Positions 13,261-25,794 of a stretch of DNA of 64,000 bases are shown here, piece by piece. The DNA comes from Schmidtea polychroa (Eukaryota): NCBI GenBank assembly GCA_044892525.1, contig CM097887.1, forward strand, positions 81,074,397 to 81,138,396, in the 5' to 3' direction. How positions within the stretch are numbered: the stretch's first letter is position 1; the number at the start of each line of letters is the position of its first letter. The position numbers and the translations under genes were made by a program. The notes below the pieces were generated by a model. That model had not been told where the DNA came from. It saw nothing but the letters and a program-made list of their open reading frames with translations, and searched no databases.

Positions 13261-15981
13261 GTAAAATTAACAATTTCTTCCTTGCAAGCAATGAATTTTT
13301 TCCCATTTGTTTTGATTTCCTTCCTGCTACATTAGTTAATTAAACGTGACCGTTTTTCGTTTTTCAAATTATATTAATTAATTTAAAAGTTATAATTATT
13401 TAAATTATTTTTATCATAGTCTCCCAACATCCTTAATTATGTATTTGCTATTTATTCAATCTATTTGCATCATCAGTCATGTTATTTTGCTGGGATTTAA
13501 TAAACTATTATGCTTCCTAAATCCCCCCTCAAATGATTAATTGGAAATCTACAGTGAAAACGGCTAAAAAACCACTAAATGGTGAAATCTAGCAAATATA
13601 ATCAGCAGGAAATGTTGATAAAAACCAGACAGTCATGCATAAATGAAACTGGGAAAATGGCAAAGCAATAAATCGGCATTCGATTAGCATATAAAATAAA
13701 GACGATGAAATACCGTGAATAGTCACTCAATTGTGACGCAATCAATGTTTTACCTATTATAAAATCAAAAACCTTTAAATTTTTATCATAAAATAGTTTC
13801 GTTATCGATACTTGATAAAATTGCCAGATCGGAAACCAAATTCCGTGACAATCTAAATGTCAATAAATATTTTGACTCAATGCCGCCTTAAAACCGGCAA
13901 TGTTCACCAGTTGGCACATGCCAGTGAACAGATTTGTTAATATGGCACACAAAATGTTCCAATAACTGTTTCTCTGCACGTGAAAACCTGCAATTTTAAT
14001 TGGTGAATATTTAGAATTTATCAGAAAAAATGAATTGGCTAATTTTAAAATGATAAACCGACACCATAAATTGTTTAATTGATTAGACAGTTTATTATGC
14101 ACTATCAAAAGGAATTTTTTAATCAACTAAATCAAACATGGCACATTGTTAATAAGTGACATCGCTGGAGCAAAGAATCGAATTTTAAACAAAGAATAAT
14201 AAAACATAACTTCAATATAAATGTTATGTTAATAATTTAAATAATTAAATTCATTACATTATTAAAAATATATTGAATGGATTTTGTTTAAATATATTTA
14301 AACATAACAATATAATTTTAGAACTCGTTTTAACCCAAACCTAAAAATAAGATGATTTCAAAAATTAGCAATATATTTATGAATTTTAGTTAAAGATTTA
14401 ACAACTAGAAAATAATAAAACTATTAAATATTCATTCTTGTAAAAAAATAGTTATAATTTTCTTTATAATAGCATAATCATAAAAATATACCTTAAATTC
14501 ATTTCAAAATTTTAAATTTATACCAAATATCCTTTGTAAATGTGTTTATTATTTTAACGATATAAATTTAAAAAATTGATGCAAATGAACAAAAATAGGT
14601 TTTATAAACAAGCATTTAATTTGACAAATTCAGTTGACATAAATTTATTAGAAAATAATAATATAATTAGAAAATATTTTATTGTAAATTAATTAAATTA
14701 AATTCATTAAATCTCATGAGTTTTCAAGTTAAATACTTTGACCTAGAATTGGAAAATTTTAAAAATGTTTAATATATCGAAAAAACAAAAGTACAAAAAG
14801 TTGGATTAAATTATAGAATGACATAAAATAAAATAAGAATAAAATACACAACATTTTAAGGATCAATAAACAATAGAATTAAAAAGATGAAACGCAACAA
14901 CATAGGTGAAAAGACGCATTCAAGAAACCCACCAACTCAGGAAAAGTATAATAAATGAAAGAAAATAATAATCATAAAGTTGATATTCACAGAAAATAAA
15001 TAAGAAAATTATGTAAAATAAAATTTATTTATTTAACACAATTTTATAATTAAAAATTTTTACTCTTTGGTCTTTTTATACGATTAAAATAATTGTAAAA
15101 AGTGTTTATTACATAGTTCTTTCCTCAAGATGTGGAGTACTATTAGTACTTTTCAATGTATAACTTTGATAAATTTTATAGTACTTGACTAATTCTATAA
15201 GTTTGTACAGTTCATAAGATTTTGGAGGCAGTAGTCAATCCTGAATACAACTGACCTAAACTGCTTCACGATCTGAAAAATCAATAAGAAATTAGGGATC
15301 GAAGGCAATGGTCATCGAGTAATCTGGATTTGTATCTCAAGTGCAAAAATGAAGTCAAATAAATGTCTAACTCATCTGATATTAGATATTCTGGATTTCG
15401 CAAAAGATTATGAGGTTTTGTTGTCGACAATAAAATTTTGATCTCTGAGTGGTTGGGGTTAAGCTAGAACTGATTTTGAGCCTAAGTGGTTGAATTGTGA
15501 CTGAAAGGCGTTGGCGCATAGCACACAAATGTAATTTCAAGTCAAGTCAAACTAAAACACGTTCGAACTTCAACCAAGCAATTAAAGAGATTTCACTTAA
15601 CACCCAAACAATAAACCCAAAAGTAAAATAAAATGAAACAAGAGCAAGAAGTATTATATGAAATCAACTCACTCAAACACAACATAGATACTTAGCAAAT
15701 GTAAGCTATTATAAGCTGTAACACATCTTCTAAATTAGTTTTTAAATCCGGTTCAAATGTTAACGTCATAATTCCAAGTATTTATTTAATGAAATATTGT
15801 ATAATTTCCAAAAAAATTTTCAGCGTTGAATAAAATATCTTCAAAACCATTTATTAATATTTCGATATTTAAAATATGTTTATTTAAAAATTATTTACTA
15901 ATAAAACTTGTTTTAAAAAGCTTGTTTAATTTTTCAATTTAAAAAACTATTTTAAAAGTTATTTTAATAGTCAATTATTTA

Positions 15982-16043
15982 TCATTTAAAATTATTTTAA
16001 TATATCATTGAAATATTTAATTCTCGGCTGAAAACACCTCACA
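15982..16043. repeat. 62-bp dispersed repeat, copy 1 (copy 2 at 35865-35926)
   Basis: 60/62 identical by eye; both copies stop at ...AAAACACCTCACA. Confidence 0.85.
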
Positions 16044-16447
16044 TAAGCAAACTTGAATTAATAGGGATAAGGAGAGAAAGAAATCTTTTATATAACCATA
16101 ATTTACTAACTTCTCATTTAAATTTTTTGTAATAATTAGCTTGCTATTATTAACTTGAATTATTTGACATTCACCTTCAAAAATCTCAAATACTCACATA
16201 CAAACCCATTTGTCATTTTATTTAATGATGTGAAATTTATTAAATACTATAGATTTATTATTTCTAATTTGTCTGGTAATTCTACCCATGAATCTATCGC
16301 TAATCGGTATAAGGTGGTTAGTAATCGATTAAATTGCAAAATCTTTGGTTTAGTTTGTTCATCAAGCAATTGGTGGGTTACTGGTGGTTGAATGATTAAG
16401 TGCTGTTACCAGCGTAACCCAAAATACAACATTAGAGTTTCCGCTTG

Positions 16448-16601
16448 GTACCCGTTGAGTAATCAACGTTGGTACTGTACCAAGGGTTGAGTACTCACAA
16501 AAAGTGAGTGCATCAAGGCACTATAATTGTCGAGTACTCCATGGGTTCACGGACTACCGATAGAAGGTGTGTGTCCGATTTCTCAGGTCCCTTATCAAAA
16601 T
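16448..16601. ncRNA. Conserved structured module, copy 1 (bulged stem-loop 16448-16475 plus SL-like segment 16556-16601)
   Basis: GTACC-CGTTGA-gtaa-TCAACG-TT-GGTAC; homologous to 25795-25823 and 61021-61049. Confidence 0.6.
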
Positions 16602-16670
16602 TGTTTTCCCAAAATCTCAACTCACTAATTCTCAATCACTCGATATTTGCGGACAATACACCTCATATAC

Positions 16671-18164
16671 TGCCCGACACTATTTTTAGCACAGTAAGAA
16701 ATTTCGTTACAAAATCATGAATAATGTAATAAATGAAATAAATTTTGTATGATTGTAATTAATATAGTAATACTTTTAATAATTATCACTACTTAGACAT
16801 ATATTATTTTTTGTTTAAATAATATTTGAATTCTTAGGTTTTTTAAAAATTAAAATACGACACAATTTTTAGCACACTTTAAAGATTTTTAAGTATTAAT
16901 AATTTTAACCTATTCTTTTATACTACTTTATATGATTTTAATGTTTATAATAATTTTAGAATTGATTATGAGATCTCCAGATTTAAAGAAAGTTGCTATA
17001 AAGATGAAACAGGAAGGTAACAGTTATGGTGCAATTGGCACCATTTTGGGCATGTCTAGATATGTTGTTAAGAATTTAGTCACCTACAAATATGTGTTAC
17101 ATAAACGCAAACGTGGAAACAGAAGAAAAATAAGTAAAGCAGACGCGTTATCCATCAAAAGAGAAACTGCACGGATAACGAGAGCACAGGAAAAAGTTAA
17201 TTCGCCCAAGATCAAGAGAAATTGTGGGCTAGCTGTATCAACAAGGACAGTACAAAGGTATATGCAGCTTGCTGGTATGAAATACGCAAAAAGTTATCAC
17301 GAAATCATCCTATCTAAGAAACACAAGGAAGAAAGAATGAAAGTGAATACAGAATGGATTTCGACCAATCACATTTGGGAGAATACTATATTCTCAGACA
17401 AAAAAAGGTTCACACTTAATGGACCAGATTGTTGGATGACATATATTCCGAAAACATCAAAATATGTGCGTAATATTCGGCAATGTCATGGAGGTGGAAT
17501 TATGGTCTGGCTGATGATCCTTCCTAACGGAATTCTATCTTTCCACATGATAACTGGCAAATTTAAGTCGACCGATTACATTACCCTGTTGAAGACCTTT
17601 GCTGTGCCAATAATGAAAGTTAACCTAAAGAGGAATTTTTACTTCCAGCAAGACAATTGCACAGTACACAAAGCACGGATTGTCCAAGATTATCTGAAAT
17701 CAAGTAATATATCAACGATTACATGGCCGTCACGAAGTCCAGACTTGAACATAGTTGAGGATGTCTGGAAGATGATTTCAGATATGGTTTATGACGGACC
17801 GCAGTTCTTAAACATAGCTGTTTTAGAAAAAAAAATTACGGATGTCATATCTCTTATCAACTGTACCAGGCGACATAAAATTTTGGATTTCTATGCATCA
17901 ATAAGATTGAGACTGTGTAAAGTTCTGAGTAATCACGGAAATTTGTATAATTGTTAAGTGTGCTAAAAATTGTGTCGTATTTTAATTTTTAAAAAACCTA
18001 AGAATTCAAATATTATTTAAACAAAAAATAATATATGTCTAAGTAGTGATAATTATTAAAAGTATTACTATATTAATTACAATCATACAAAATTTATTTC
18101 ATTTATTACATTATTCATGATTTTGTAACGAAATTTCTTACTGTGCTAAAAATAGTGTCGGGCA
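16671..18164 (+). mobile_element. Full-length Tc1 transposon with about 209-bp IR-DR TIRs
   Basis: 16671-16879 is the reverse complement of 17956-18164 with no mismatch seen. Each TIR carries outer and inner direct repeats CGACAC(T/A)ATTTTTAGCACA(G/C); TA-flanked. Confidence 0.95.
16932..17957 (+). CDS. Tc1 DD34E transposase (likely start ATG 16968)
   Basis: Uninterrupted ORF with N-terminal HTH, RG(N)RRK linker, IFSDKKRF, FQQDN, WPSRSPDLNIVEDVW; 34 residues between the second D and E. Confidence 0.95.
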   Translation: MILMFIIILELIMRSPDLKKVAIKMKQEGNSYGAIGTILGMSRYVVKNLVTYKYVLHKRKRGNRRKISKADALSIKRETARITRAQEKVNSPKIKRNCGLAVSTRTVQRYMQLAGMKYAKSYHEIILSKKHKEERMKVNTEWISTNHIWENTIFSDKKRFTLNGPDCWMTYIPKTSKYVRNIRQCHGGGIMVWLMILPNGILSFHMITGKFKSTDYITLLKTFAVPIMKVNLKRNFYFQQDNCTVHKARIVQDYLKSSNISTITWPSRSPDLNIVEDVWKMISDMVYDGPQFLNIAVLEKKITDVISLINCTRRHKILDFYASIRLRLCKVLSNHGNLYNC

Positions 18165-18259
18165 TACAACACTTGTTAACTAAATTGTTTTTACACCATA
18201 ACAATAAACAACCAAAAATTCAATGCGTATAGTCCAGATGACTGTTCGTATTGCTGGGA

Positions 18260-18691
18260 TTACGTGGGCGTCGCCCTTTCTTGTCGTTCATACTCGGCTA
18301 ATCTGGCCTTCTTTAGCTTTTCCCGGATGTTTCGTCCCAGCCGCTTCCTTTTGGGCTTATCTTTCGCGGCCGGAGGGTAAATTGCTGCCAACTCCACGGT
18401 CAACTGCCGGATTTGACTTATTGTGGCTCCGTGAACCGCTTGTTCATTGCGTTCGGTTTTTAACGCGCGGAGTTGGAGCTTCAAGGCCCAGATCTCCATC
18501 TGATCCTGTGCGGCTTGGGTCTGCAGTTGGAGGACCTGCGCCACCTTCTTTTTCATATCCTGGGGACTAAACCAGGTGCTTTCTAGTTCCCGGCACCGTC
18601 CCTTGAGTCTGTCCACTCGGACTCGGAGATCCTCGGCCTGTTTTTGTGCTTCTTCCCTGTCCTTCCGTAGGTTCTCCAATAGTTTGAACAC
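18260..18691 (-). CDS. Coiled-coil protein of the multi-ORF element, cluster A (ORF2)
   Basis: 143-codon GC-rich ORF with heptad pattern and basic C-terminal motif; homologous to the 26979-26178 frame (LESTWFSPQDMK vs LESTLFSPPLMK). Confidence 0.6.
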   Translation of the reverse strand: MFKLLENLRKDREEAQKQAEDLRVRVDRLKGRCRELESTWFSPQDMKKKVAQVLQLQTQAAQDQMEIWALKLQLRALKTERNEQAVHGATISQIRQLTVELAAIYPPAAKDKPKRKRLGRNIREKLKKARLAEYERQERATPT

Positions 18692-18928
18692 TAAAAGAAA
18701 TATTCTTAGATTATGTTATTACACCATGATATTCGCTTGATAAGATCGGTACTGGTTATAAAGACATTTTATCATTATTGAAGACCAACCCATTTTTACG
18801 ATAATTTATTAAAGAAGAAACTCATTCAAAGTAAAGTTCATCATCAAATCAAATCTTATTAATTCATTACAGAGGAGATTGGTTCAGAGTAAATTTCATG
18901 TCTATCGCGAGTTAGAATTGAGGACGAG

Positions 18929-19259
18929 TTAGGCCGGGTACTTGCGAGGCCTCCCCCTTTTTCGCGGGGTCGCCTCGGCCTCCCCCAGGTCCTCCAGAGT
19001 CTTTCCTTCTCGGATTGCCCGGATTTGCATGTCGAGTTTCTTCAGTCGCATCTGGGCCGCGTAAAAGGTCGTTTCCCGGCTCCTCCTTCACCCACGCCGG
19101 GGCATCTACTTCGAGGCCCTTCCGGATCACTCGATCTGTGCAGTCCAGGTCCCGTCCCTGACTCCACCGATGGATGTGGTACCAAATGTACCGGGTCCGG
19201 AGTCGGGTGATCGTCTGCCGATCGGCTTCTTCGATGCTGCTGCTGTCAGAGAAGATCAT
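18929..19259 (-). pseudogene. Small AT-hook protein, cluster A ORF1, with a 1-nt frameshift near 19075
   Basis: The +1 frame after ...WVKEEPG reads TTFYAAQMRLKKLDMQIRAIREGKTLEDLGEAEATPRKRGRPRKYPA*. Confidence 0.6.
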
Positions 19260-19784
19260 TTCTGCAAAGTAACAATCAGGTCACTTTATACAGATTATGT
19301 TACGAAGTTAAACACGGGATTTTGTTAATCCCTTTTCCCCCTTTTTAAAAATTCAACGTTAACGAAAAAGAAAATTCTTTATTTTCCAGCTAACACATAT
19401 AAGCCTAAGAACAATAGATTAAAATCACATTCATTATCAACTAGATTAAAAAGGAATTTCGTCGAAAATCCGTTTGTTTAAATTAATCATTTACATTCCA
19501 GAATTTTTTTACCACTAAGTGGTAATTTTAATTGCTATTTATAAATTTTAGTTTATACTTGAATAAAATGTAAAGTTTTTGGATCATCATTTTTAGGCCA
19601 CTAAATTCGGGCACGCTGGGGCGACAGGTGCTAGCAACGAACTAAGCTCTTCGTCTGCTTACCTTTCCTTCGGTTGTGCTCGTTATGAGTGGTTTGCTCT
19701 GCATACAAGTAATTTATTTAATTTGCTAATTTCTAAATTTCCAGGTGATCGATATCGGATTGGGATATCGATTTTTTGTAGTTA

Positions 19785-20230
19785 ACTGTAATAATAATAA
19801 TACCAATAATAATAACAATGAAATAACGATACTAATAATAATAATGATAATGATAATAATAATATTAATATTAATAATAGCAATGATAGTAATAATAATA
19901 AGAATAATAATAAATTTTAATAATGGTAATGATAATGGCAATAACAACAACACTAATAATAATAATAATAACAAGAATAATAATAAATTNNNNNNNNNNN
20001 NNNNNNNNNNNNNNNNNNNNNNNNNNNNNNNNNNNNNNNNNNNNNNNNNNNNNNNNNNNNNNNNNNNNNNNNNNNNNNNNNNNNNNNNNNNNNNNNNNNN
20101 NNNNNNNNNNNNNNNNNNNNNNNNNNNNNNNNNNNNNNNNNNNNNNNNNNNNNNNNNNNNNNNNNNNNNNNNNNAATGATAATGATAATGTTGATACTGC
20201 TAATAGTAATAACAAGGGAAATGATCAGGA
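19785..20230. repeat. Degenerate (AAT/GAT/AAC)n low-complexity tract around an assembly gap (N 19990-20174)
   Basis: Trinucleotide repeats on both sides of the gap. Confidence 0.9.
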
Positions 20231-22924
20231 TTAAGATAACTATAATTTTATAATCCCATGTTTTAGAATTATAAATTTATGTTTTATAATTTATACTTTG
20301 ATAATTTTCGATTTATAATTTTAAATTTTTCAATTTAGGGATTTACAATCTTGTAATTTATAATTATAATTTCATATTTTGAAATTTATATATTCGTATT
20401 TTATAAGTTATAATTGCTTAACTCATAATTTATAAGTTTATAATCTAAAATTTATACTTTTGTATTTTGTAATTCGCATTTTCATACTTTATAATTTGAA
20501 ATTTTTAGTCGACGGAATATACTTCTTACAACTTCCTTTCTATGATCAACATTGTTTTCCGCAGTACTTACAGATTTCCTGGTCCTATTTGTGAATTAAA
20601 ATTCAGAGTTCTAGCGCGCCTATCGCCTATCTGTAACCAATCCTCAGTTGATTTTTATACGAAAAATTGTTTACTACTATCTCTGATCAGACTTTCTCCA
20701 TTAACAATTTACATTTTCAGGATCGACGTGATTTGTACCTAGCTATCGTAATTATTTATAACTTATAGTTTTATAGTTAACAACAAGAATATTACAACTA
20801 AGAGCTTACACATTTACAAACATTTTAAAGTGGGAACTAGATTTAAAAATGTCTATCTTTACTCGGAATCAGCATATCAAGTTATACCTGTACGTATGCC
20901 GAGTATCTCTCTTATTTCTATTACCTTATCAAAGATCCTTACTACAAAATCTAGTTCGGCATATGTCTAAGTATAATTGAAATTACCATTATGGATCAAC
21001 TAGCTACATTAATGTGATTGTAGAATTGTGTAATTTTAGGTACGAGCTCTACTCAAATTAGAACCTTAGTGTAGAGTTATTGTTCAGGATTTTAAGTGTT
21101 GAGTTTAATTGTATATTACGCAATGAGTCGGGAAGAATATTGCTTCCATGGCCCCACTGTGACCACTTCCACAAACCTTAGTGTTGTGTGCTAAGTCAAC
21201 CATTTACGGCTGACCTTAAATAAATACGAAGAGTCAGACGGAGGGTTTCCTCGACCTAACTCCATGGCAGGACCATGAAGTAGTTCGACCTCCGGCTGAC
21301 CCGAACAAAAAGAGCCAAATAATAAGAGATTAATATAATAAAAATAATGCATGTTTGCATGTACTATGAGGATTTTAACAAATTGGATGCAGGACTGAAC
21401 AACGACGCAGTAATACCAGTACGCCGTTGAACATTCGTACATCAAAAAAAAAACATCAAATATGGAATTACTTTAATCTTAAATAAATCAAAACTACATG
21501 ATAATAAAAAATTCAATCATATATACTCACTATGTAGATTGGAAAAGTTTTTGTTCAAAATTTGGCATAAAATAATGATGATTCTGACTGAAACGTGTCA
21601 GTATATATACCTATTTTGTACACTTGTATGTATATATATTTATTTATGCATTAAAACAAACTCGAATTCTTTTTATTCCAGAATTTTCTATTTTGCGATT
21701 TTGATATTTTTAATGGCAATTTTTGTGCCATAATTTTTGTTTTTATTTTTAAATTTTTATTTTTTAATTATTTTTCGTTAATTTGACGTCCATGATGGAT
21801 TTGGAACGGTTCCAGAACATTCTATTTTACTTTTAATTTAATTTTTATTCTAACTGGTGTTTTATGAATTTCTTTTTAAGATTTATTATTTTTAATACTA
21901 ATTTATTTATTTTCTCTAACTTTTATTGTTCTAGCTGGCTTTTGTGATGGTCATCGCCATTTTAATGGAATGTTCTGGGTTTTTCTGGAATTTTTTTCGG
22001 TTTTTATCGTCTTTTAAGTTATTCGAGTCTGTTTTATGTTTATCTGTGTTTATTTAGTTATTTTCGAGTTCTATTTTGCATAACCTCTTGCTTTTGGTAT
22101 AATTTTATTTAATTTCTGTGTTTAGGTTTTTGTTGTTTTTTCCTTTAATTACTATTGTTTATTTGGTGTAGTTTTTAATATTTAACTATACTTTTTGCTT
22201 TTTGCATGCTGTGTACATTTCAGTCACAATTAGAAATTTGGGTCTAGAAGTCAGTTCTAGCCCAACACAATATTCGAGTTATCGGTTCCATAAATCGTAC
22301 CTTTCCACCAAGGTTTGCTGGTAGCTCGTTCGTGCATTTTTCTTATTTATTAATTTTCACTATTACTCCTTTGCATTTATAACTGTATAACGCTTCTCAA
22401 AAAATTCTCGAAAAAACGCCGCTTTCTGATATTAATATAGGTGCTACTAAATTTGGATTCGTAACTGCCATCGTCATCCGATTGATTGCCTAAACACAAA
22501 AGAATTTTTGTCCATATTCATACTCCAAATATTCACTTCATAAAACACTCTTTTAAATTGTAAATTATTCAATCACTTACTCATTTGAACTTGTATTAAT
22601 GATGGTGTAGAAATAATTTAACCTTGGAAATAATTTATATGTTAATTTTATTTACATTATTAAAACTAAATTAATGTCACTGAGAATCTTATCAATTGCC
22701 ATTTGGTGAAAGGTGGTTGTGTATATGAATTAGCATTTTTTTATTTAAATTATTTTATCATAAATTAATTTAAATGAAATTTTAATCAATTAAAATTAAA
22801 TATTCAAGATTTATACAAATCAATTTATTGTACGATTGTAGAATTTCTCTGAATGGATTACGACGAAATCCAGAACTTCTGAGAGCTAGTCCAAGCTGTT
22901 CCAATAGGATATATATGGTAACAT

Positions 22925-24724
22925 ATGGGATTCATTAGTGGCAGTGTAAGAATTTGTTTATTTAGCAATAGAATGCGACGAATAAAATTGAAAAAGATTT
23001 TACTTTTTTTCATTGTGCTCCTTGGAATATTTCTGATACAAAATATTTTATCGGATTGGAAAAATTTATCATCTGAAACAGATGAAGACCCCAGTGATTC
23101 TCAAGTTAAAATAGATTGGGCGAACTATGAGACAATCGATGAAGAGACAGTCAGAGAAGGCGCAGGAGAACAAGGAACAGGAGTGCATTTGACTGCGGAA
23201 GAAAATGAAAAGGCCAAACAACTCATGGAGATCAATGGGTTTAATGCTCTTGTGTCAGATAAAATATCAGTCCACCGTTCTGTTAAGGATCTACGAATAA
23301 ATAAATGCAAATGGTTGAAATATGACAATTTCCTCCCTCAGGCATCAATCATAATTCCATTTCACAATGAACATTGGTCGACTCTCTTGCGAACTGTCCA
23401 TTCGTTATTGTATAGATCTCCAGACAAATTAGTGAAAGAGATCATCCTTGTCGATGACAACAGCACGAAAGAGTTTCTTGGTGAAAAACTTGATCAATAT
23501 GTTTCAGAGCATTTTACAAAGGTTCGCATTTTGCGTACTGGTAAAAGAGAAGGTTTAATCAGAGCCAGATTAATTGGAGCAAATTATGCAAACGGCACTG
23601 TGCTAATATTTATCGATTCTCACTGCGAAGTGGGAATAAATTGGTTGCCCCCCTTGCTCCAGCCAATTAGAGAACATTACAAGACAGTTTCTTGCCCATT
23701 TATTGATGTAATTAGTTATAATGATTTCTCTTTGCGGCCTCAAGACGAAGGAGGCAGAGGAGCGTTTGATTGGAATTTTGATTACAAACGACTTCCTCGC
23801 TTACATACAGACAATGCTCACCCAGAAAAGCCATTTGATAGTCCAATTATGGCTGGAGGACTTTTTGCCATTAGTAAATTATGGTTCAATGAACTTGGAG
23901 GTTATGATGATGGGCTCGATGTTTGGGGAGGCGAGCAATATGAGTTATCCTTCAAAGTATGGATGTGTGGTGGTAAAATGGTCGATGTGCCATGCTCTAG
24001 AATCGGGCATGTGTATCGAAAGTTTAACCCTTTTGGAGTCAGGAGTTTAGGGAATTATATAGCTAGAAATCACAAACGAGTAGCAGAAGTGTGGATGGAT
24101 GATTGGAAGCAATATATTTATCAGAAACATCATAGATTATATTCATCATTGGATACAGGGGATTTAACTAAGCAGAAACAATTGAGAAAGACATTGAATT
24201 GCACCTCATTTGATTGGTTTATGAAACATATTGCCTATGATCTCTTACAGAAATATCCGATTCAAAAGACGCCAGTTGATTTATCACAAGGGAAGATCAA
24301 ATCAGAAATTAATCCTCATTTATGTTTTGATTTCAAATTCGGAAATTCGGGAGATCCATTTCAAATTTCCAATTGCTCAAATTCGGCAAGCACTGGTGGT
24401 GGTGATGAACAAAATTTGGCTTTTACATGGGAGATGGAAATCAAACCTCGTCAAAGAGATATCTGCCTGGATTACCCAAGAAGAGGTGAGACATTAATGC
24501 TTTTCAGTTGCCATGGATTTGGCGGAAATCAGCAATGGATATATAATCAGAGTTCTCATCAGATTGTACACGTTGTCAGTAAGAAATGCATTGACTACAG
24601 CTATAACCCAAGAAACTTTGATATATCCATTCGTAAATGCTCCCGGGAACAGTCTCAGAAATGGATCCTAGAAAATATGAACGCGGAGATTGCGAGTTAT
24701 CTGTGGAAAGAGCAAAATCTGTAA
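22925..24724 (+). CDS. GALNT10: Polypeptide N-acetylgalactosaminyltransferase, GALNT10/gly-10-like, 599 aa, single exon
   Basis: N-terminal TM; GT-A domain (SIIIPFHNE, IILVDDNS, REGLIRARL, DSH, MAGGLFAI, WGGEQYELSFKVWMCGG, PCSRIGHVYR); C-terminal ricin-B lectin with QxW repeats. Subfamily assignment by recalled motif similarity. Confidence 0.95.
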   Translation: MGFISGSVRICLFSNRMRRIKLKKILLFFIVLLGIFLIQNILSDWKNLSSETDEDPSDSQVKIDWANYETIDEETVREGAGEQGTGVHLTAEENEKAKQLMEINGFNALVSDKISVHRSVKDLRINKCKWLKYDNFLPQASIIIPFHNEHWSTLLRTVHSLLYRSPDKLVKEIILVDDNSTKEFLGEKLDQYVSEHFTKVRILRTGKREGLIRARLIGANYANGTVLIFIDSHCEVGINWLPPLLQPIREHYKTVSCPFIDVISYNDFSLRPQDEGGRGAFDWNFDYKRLPRLHTDNAHPEKPFDSPIMAGGLFAISKLWFNELGGYDDGLDVWGGEQYELSFKVWMCGGKMVDVPCSRIGHVYRKFNPFGVRSLGNYIARNHKRVAEVWMDDWKQYIYQKHHRLYSSLDTGDLTKQKQLRKTLNCTSFDWFMKHIAYDLLQKYPIQKTPVDLSQGKIKSEINPHLCFDFKFGNSGDPFQISNCSNSASTGGGDEQNLAFTWEMEIKPRQRDICLDYPRRGETLMLFSCHGFGGNQQWIYNQSSHQIVHVVSKKCIDYSYNPRNFDISIRKCSREQSQKWILENMNAEIASYLWKEQNL

Positions 24725-25794
24725 ATAGATGGGGATTTGATTGCCTTAAAAATATTTTATAAAAATAAATTGTTTCTATTTTATATAGTTTGGACCCATA
24801 ATAAAAACACAATAGGACATATAAAGATTCTGTGTTCACACCAATGCGCAATTAATAGAAGTCTTTATGACAATAAATTAGAGCTTCAACAATATAAATA
24901 AAGCTAAGCAATACAAATGTGTGCATTTGTGTGTCATTAACAAAATTGATATTAAATAGGAGTCTGCCAAAAATAAACATTTACGTGTCGAAAATACAAA
25001 ATGAGGTATATAATAAAATATAATTGATTGTGGGAAAAGACATTAATTAAATGTATCTTCACATAATGACATAATTTACTGATGGATTAATTATAAATTA
25101 ATGTCTAAAATAAAGTATAATGTCGGCTCAATAGCGATTTGGACTTAAATAGGACCAATTTACAGTACACACGTACGTGTCAACGGTGAGCACTATTAGC
25201 TCCAATTGTCTTCGTGAGGGAAGATTTGAGAAATGATGCAAAACAGAGAAAAATTTGACAATTTATTATTATCTTTTTTATTGCATCATGTATTTTTACT
25301 GTAATTATTCTTATAACGTAATTCTTATTTGGATTCGACTCAATATAGACAAAATATAATAAAAATCTCGATCCGACGCGTCGTGTTCAGCAATCAAAGA
25401 AATAAAACTCAAAACCCCAAAAATTATTTATTTCTTAATTGTTCAAATTAGTTATATTTTGTGGGTCGCAGGCATTTTACATTCTACCCTTTCCTGTCGT
25501 TTCCGACACAACTGTGTTTCTCAAACCGTGTGTCGCAAGACTTTTTCGCCAAAAAAGTTAGTAATAAAATAAATTTACAAAAACTTGATCAAGCTTTTTA
25601 CTATGAAAAAGTCGCTTCTGTGGATCAAAATTACAAAAAATTTCCCAAAGAAAGGAGTACACAAAACATTTAATTAGTATTGTTGGGCGCTTAGGGGTGT
25701 GTCGCGATGGTGGTTACTAGGGGTGACGATGGTTGTTCCATAGGGGACTCCTTCCTAGACGCCCATTATGATTTGTCACTATTCTCCCTCATGT

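Noticed and set aside
19726-20234. Poly-Ile/Asn/Leu ORFs
   Set aside because: Translation of AAT-type microsatellite plus an N-gap
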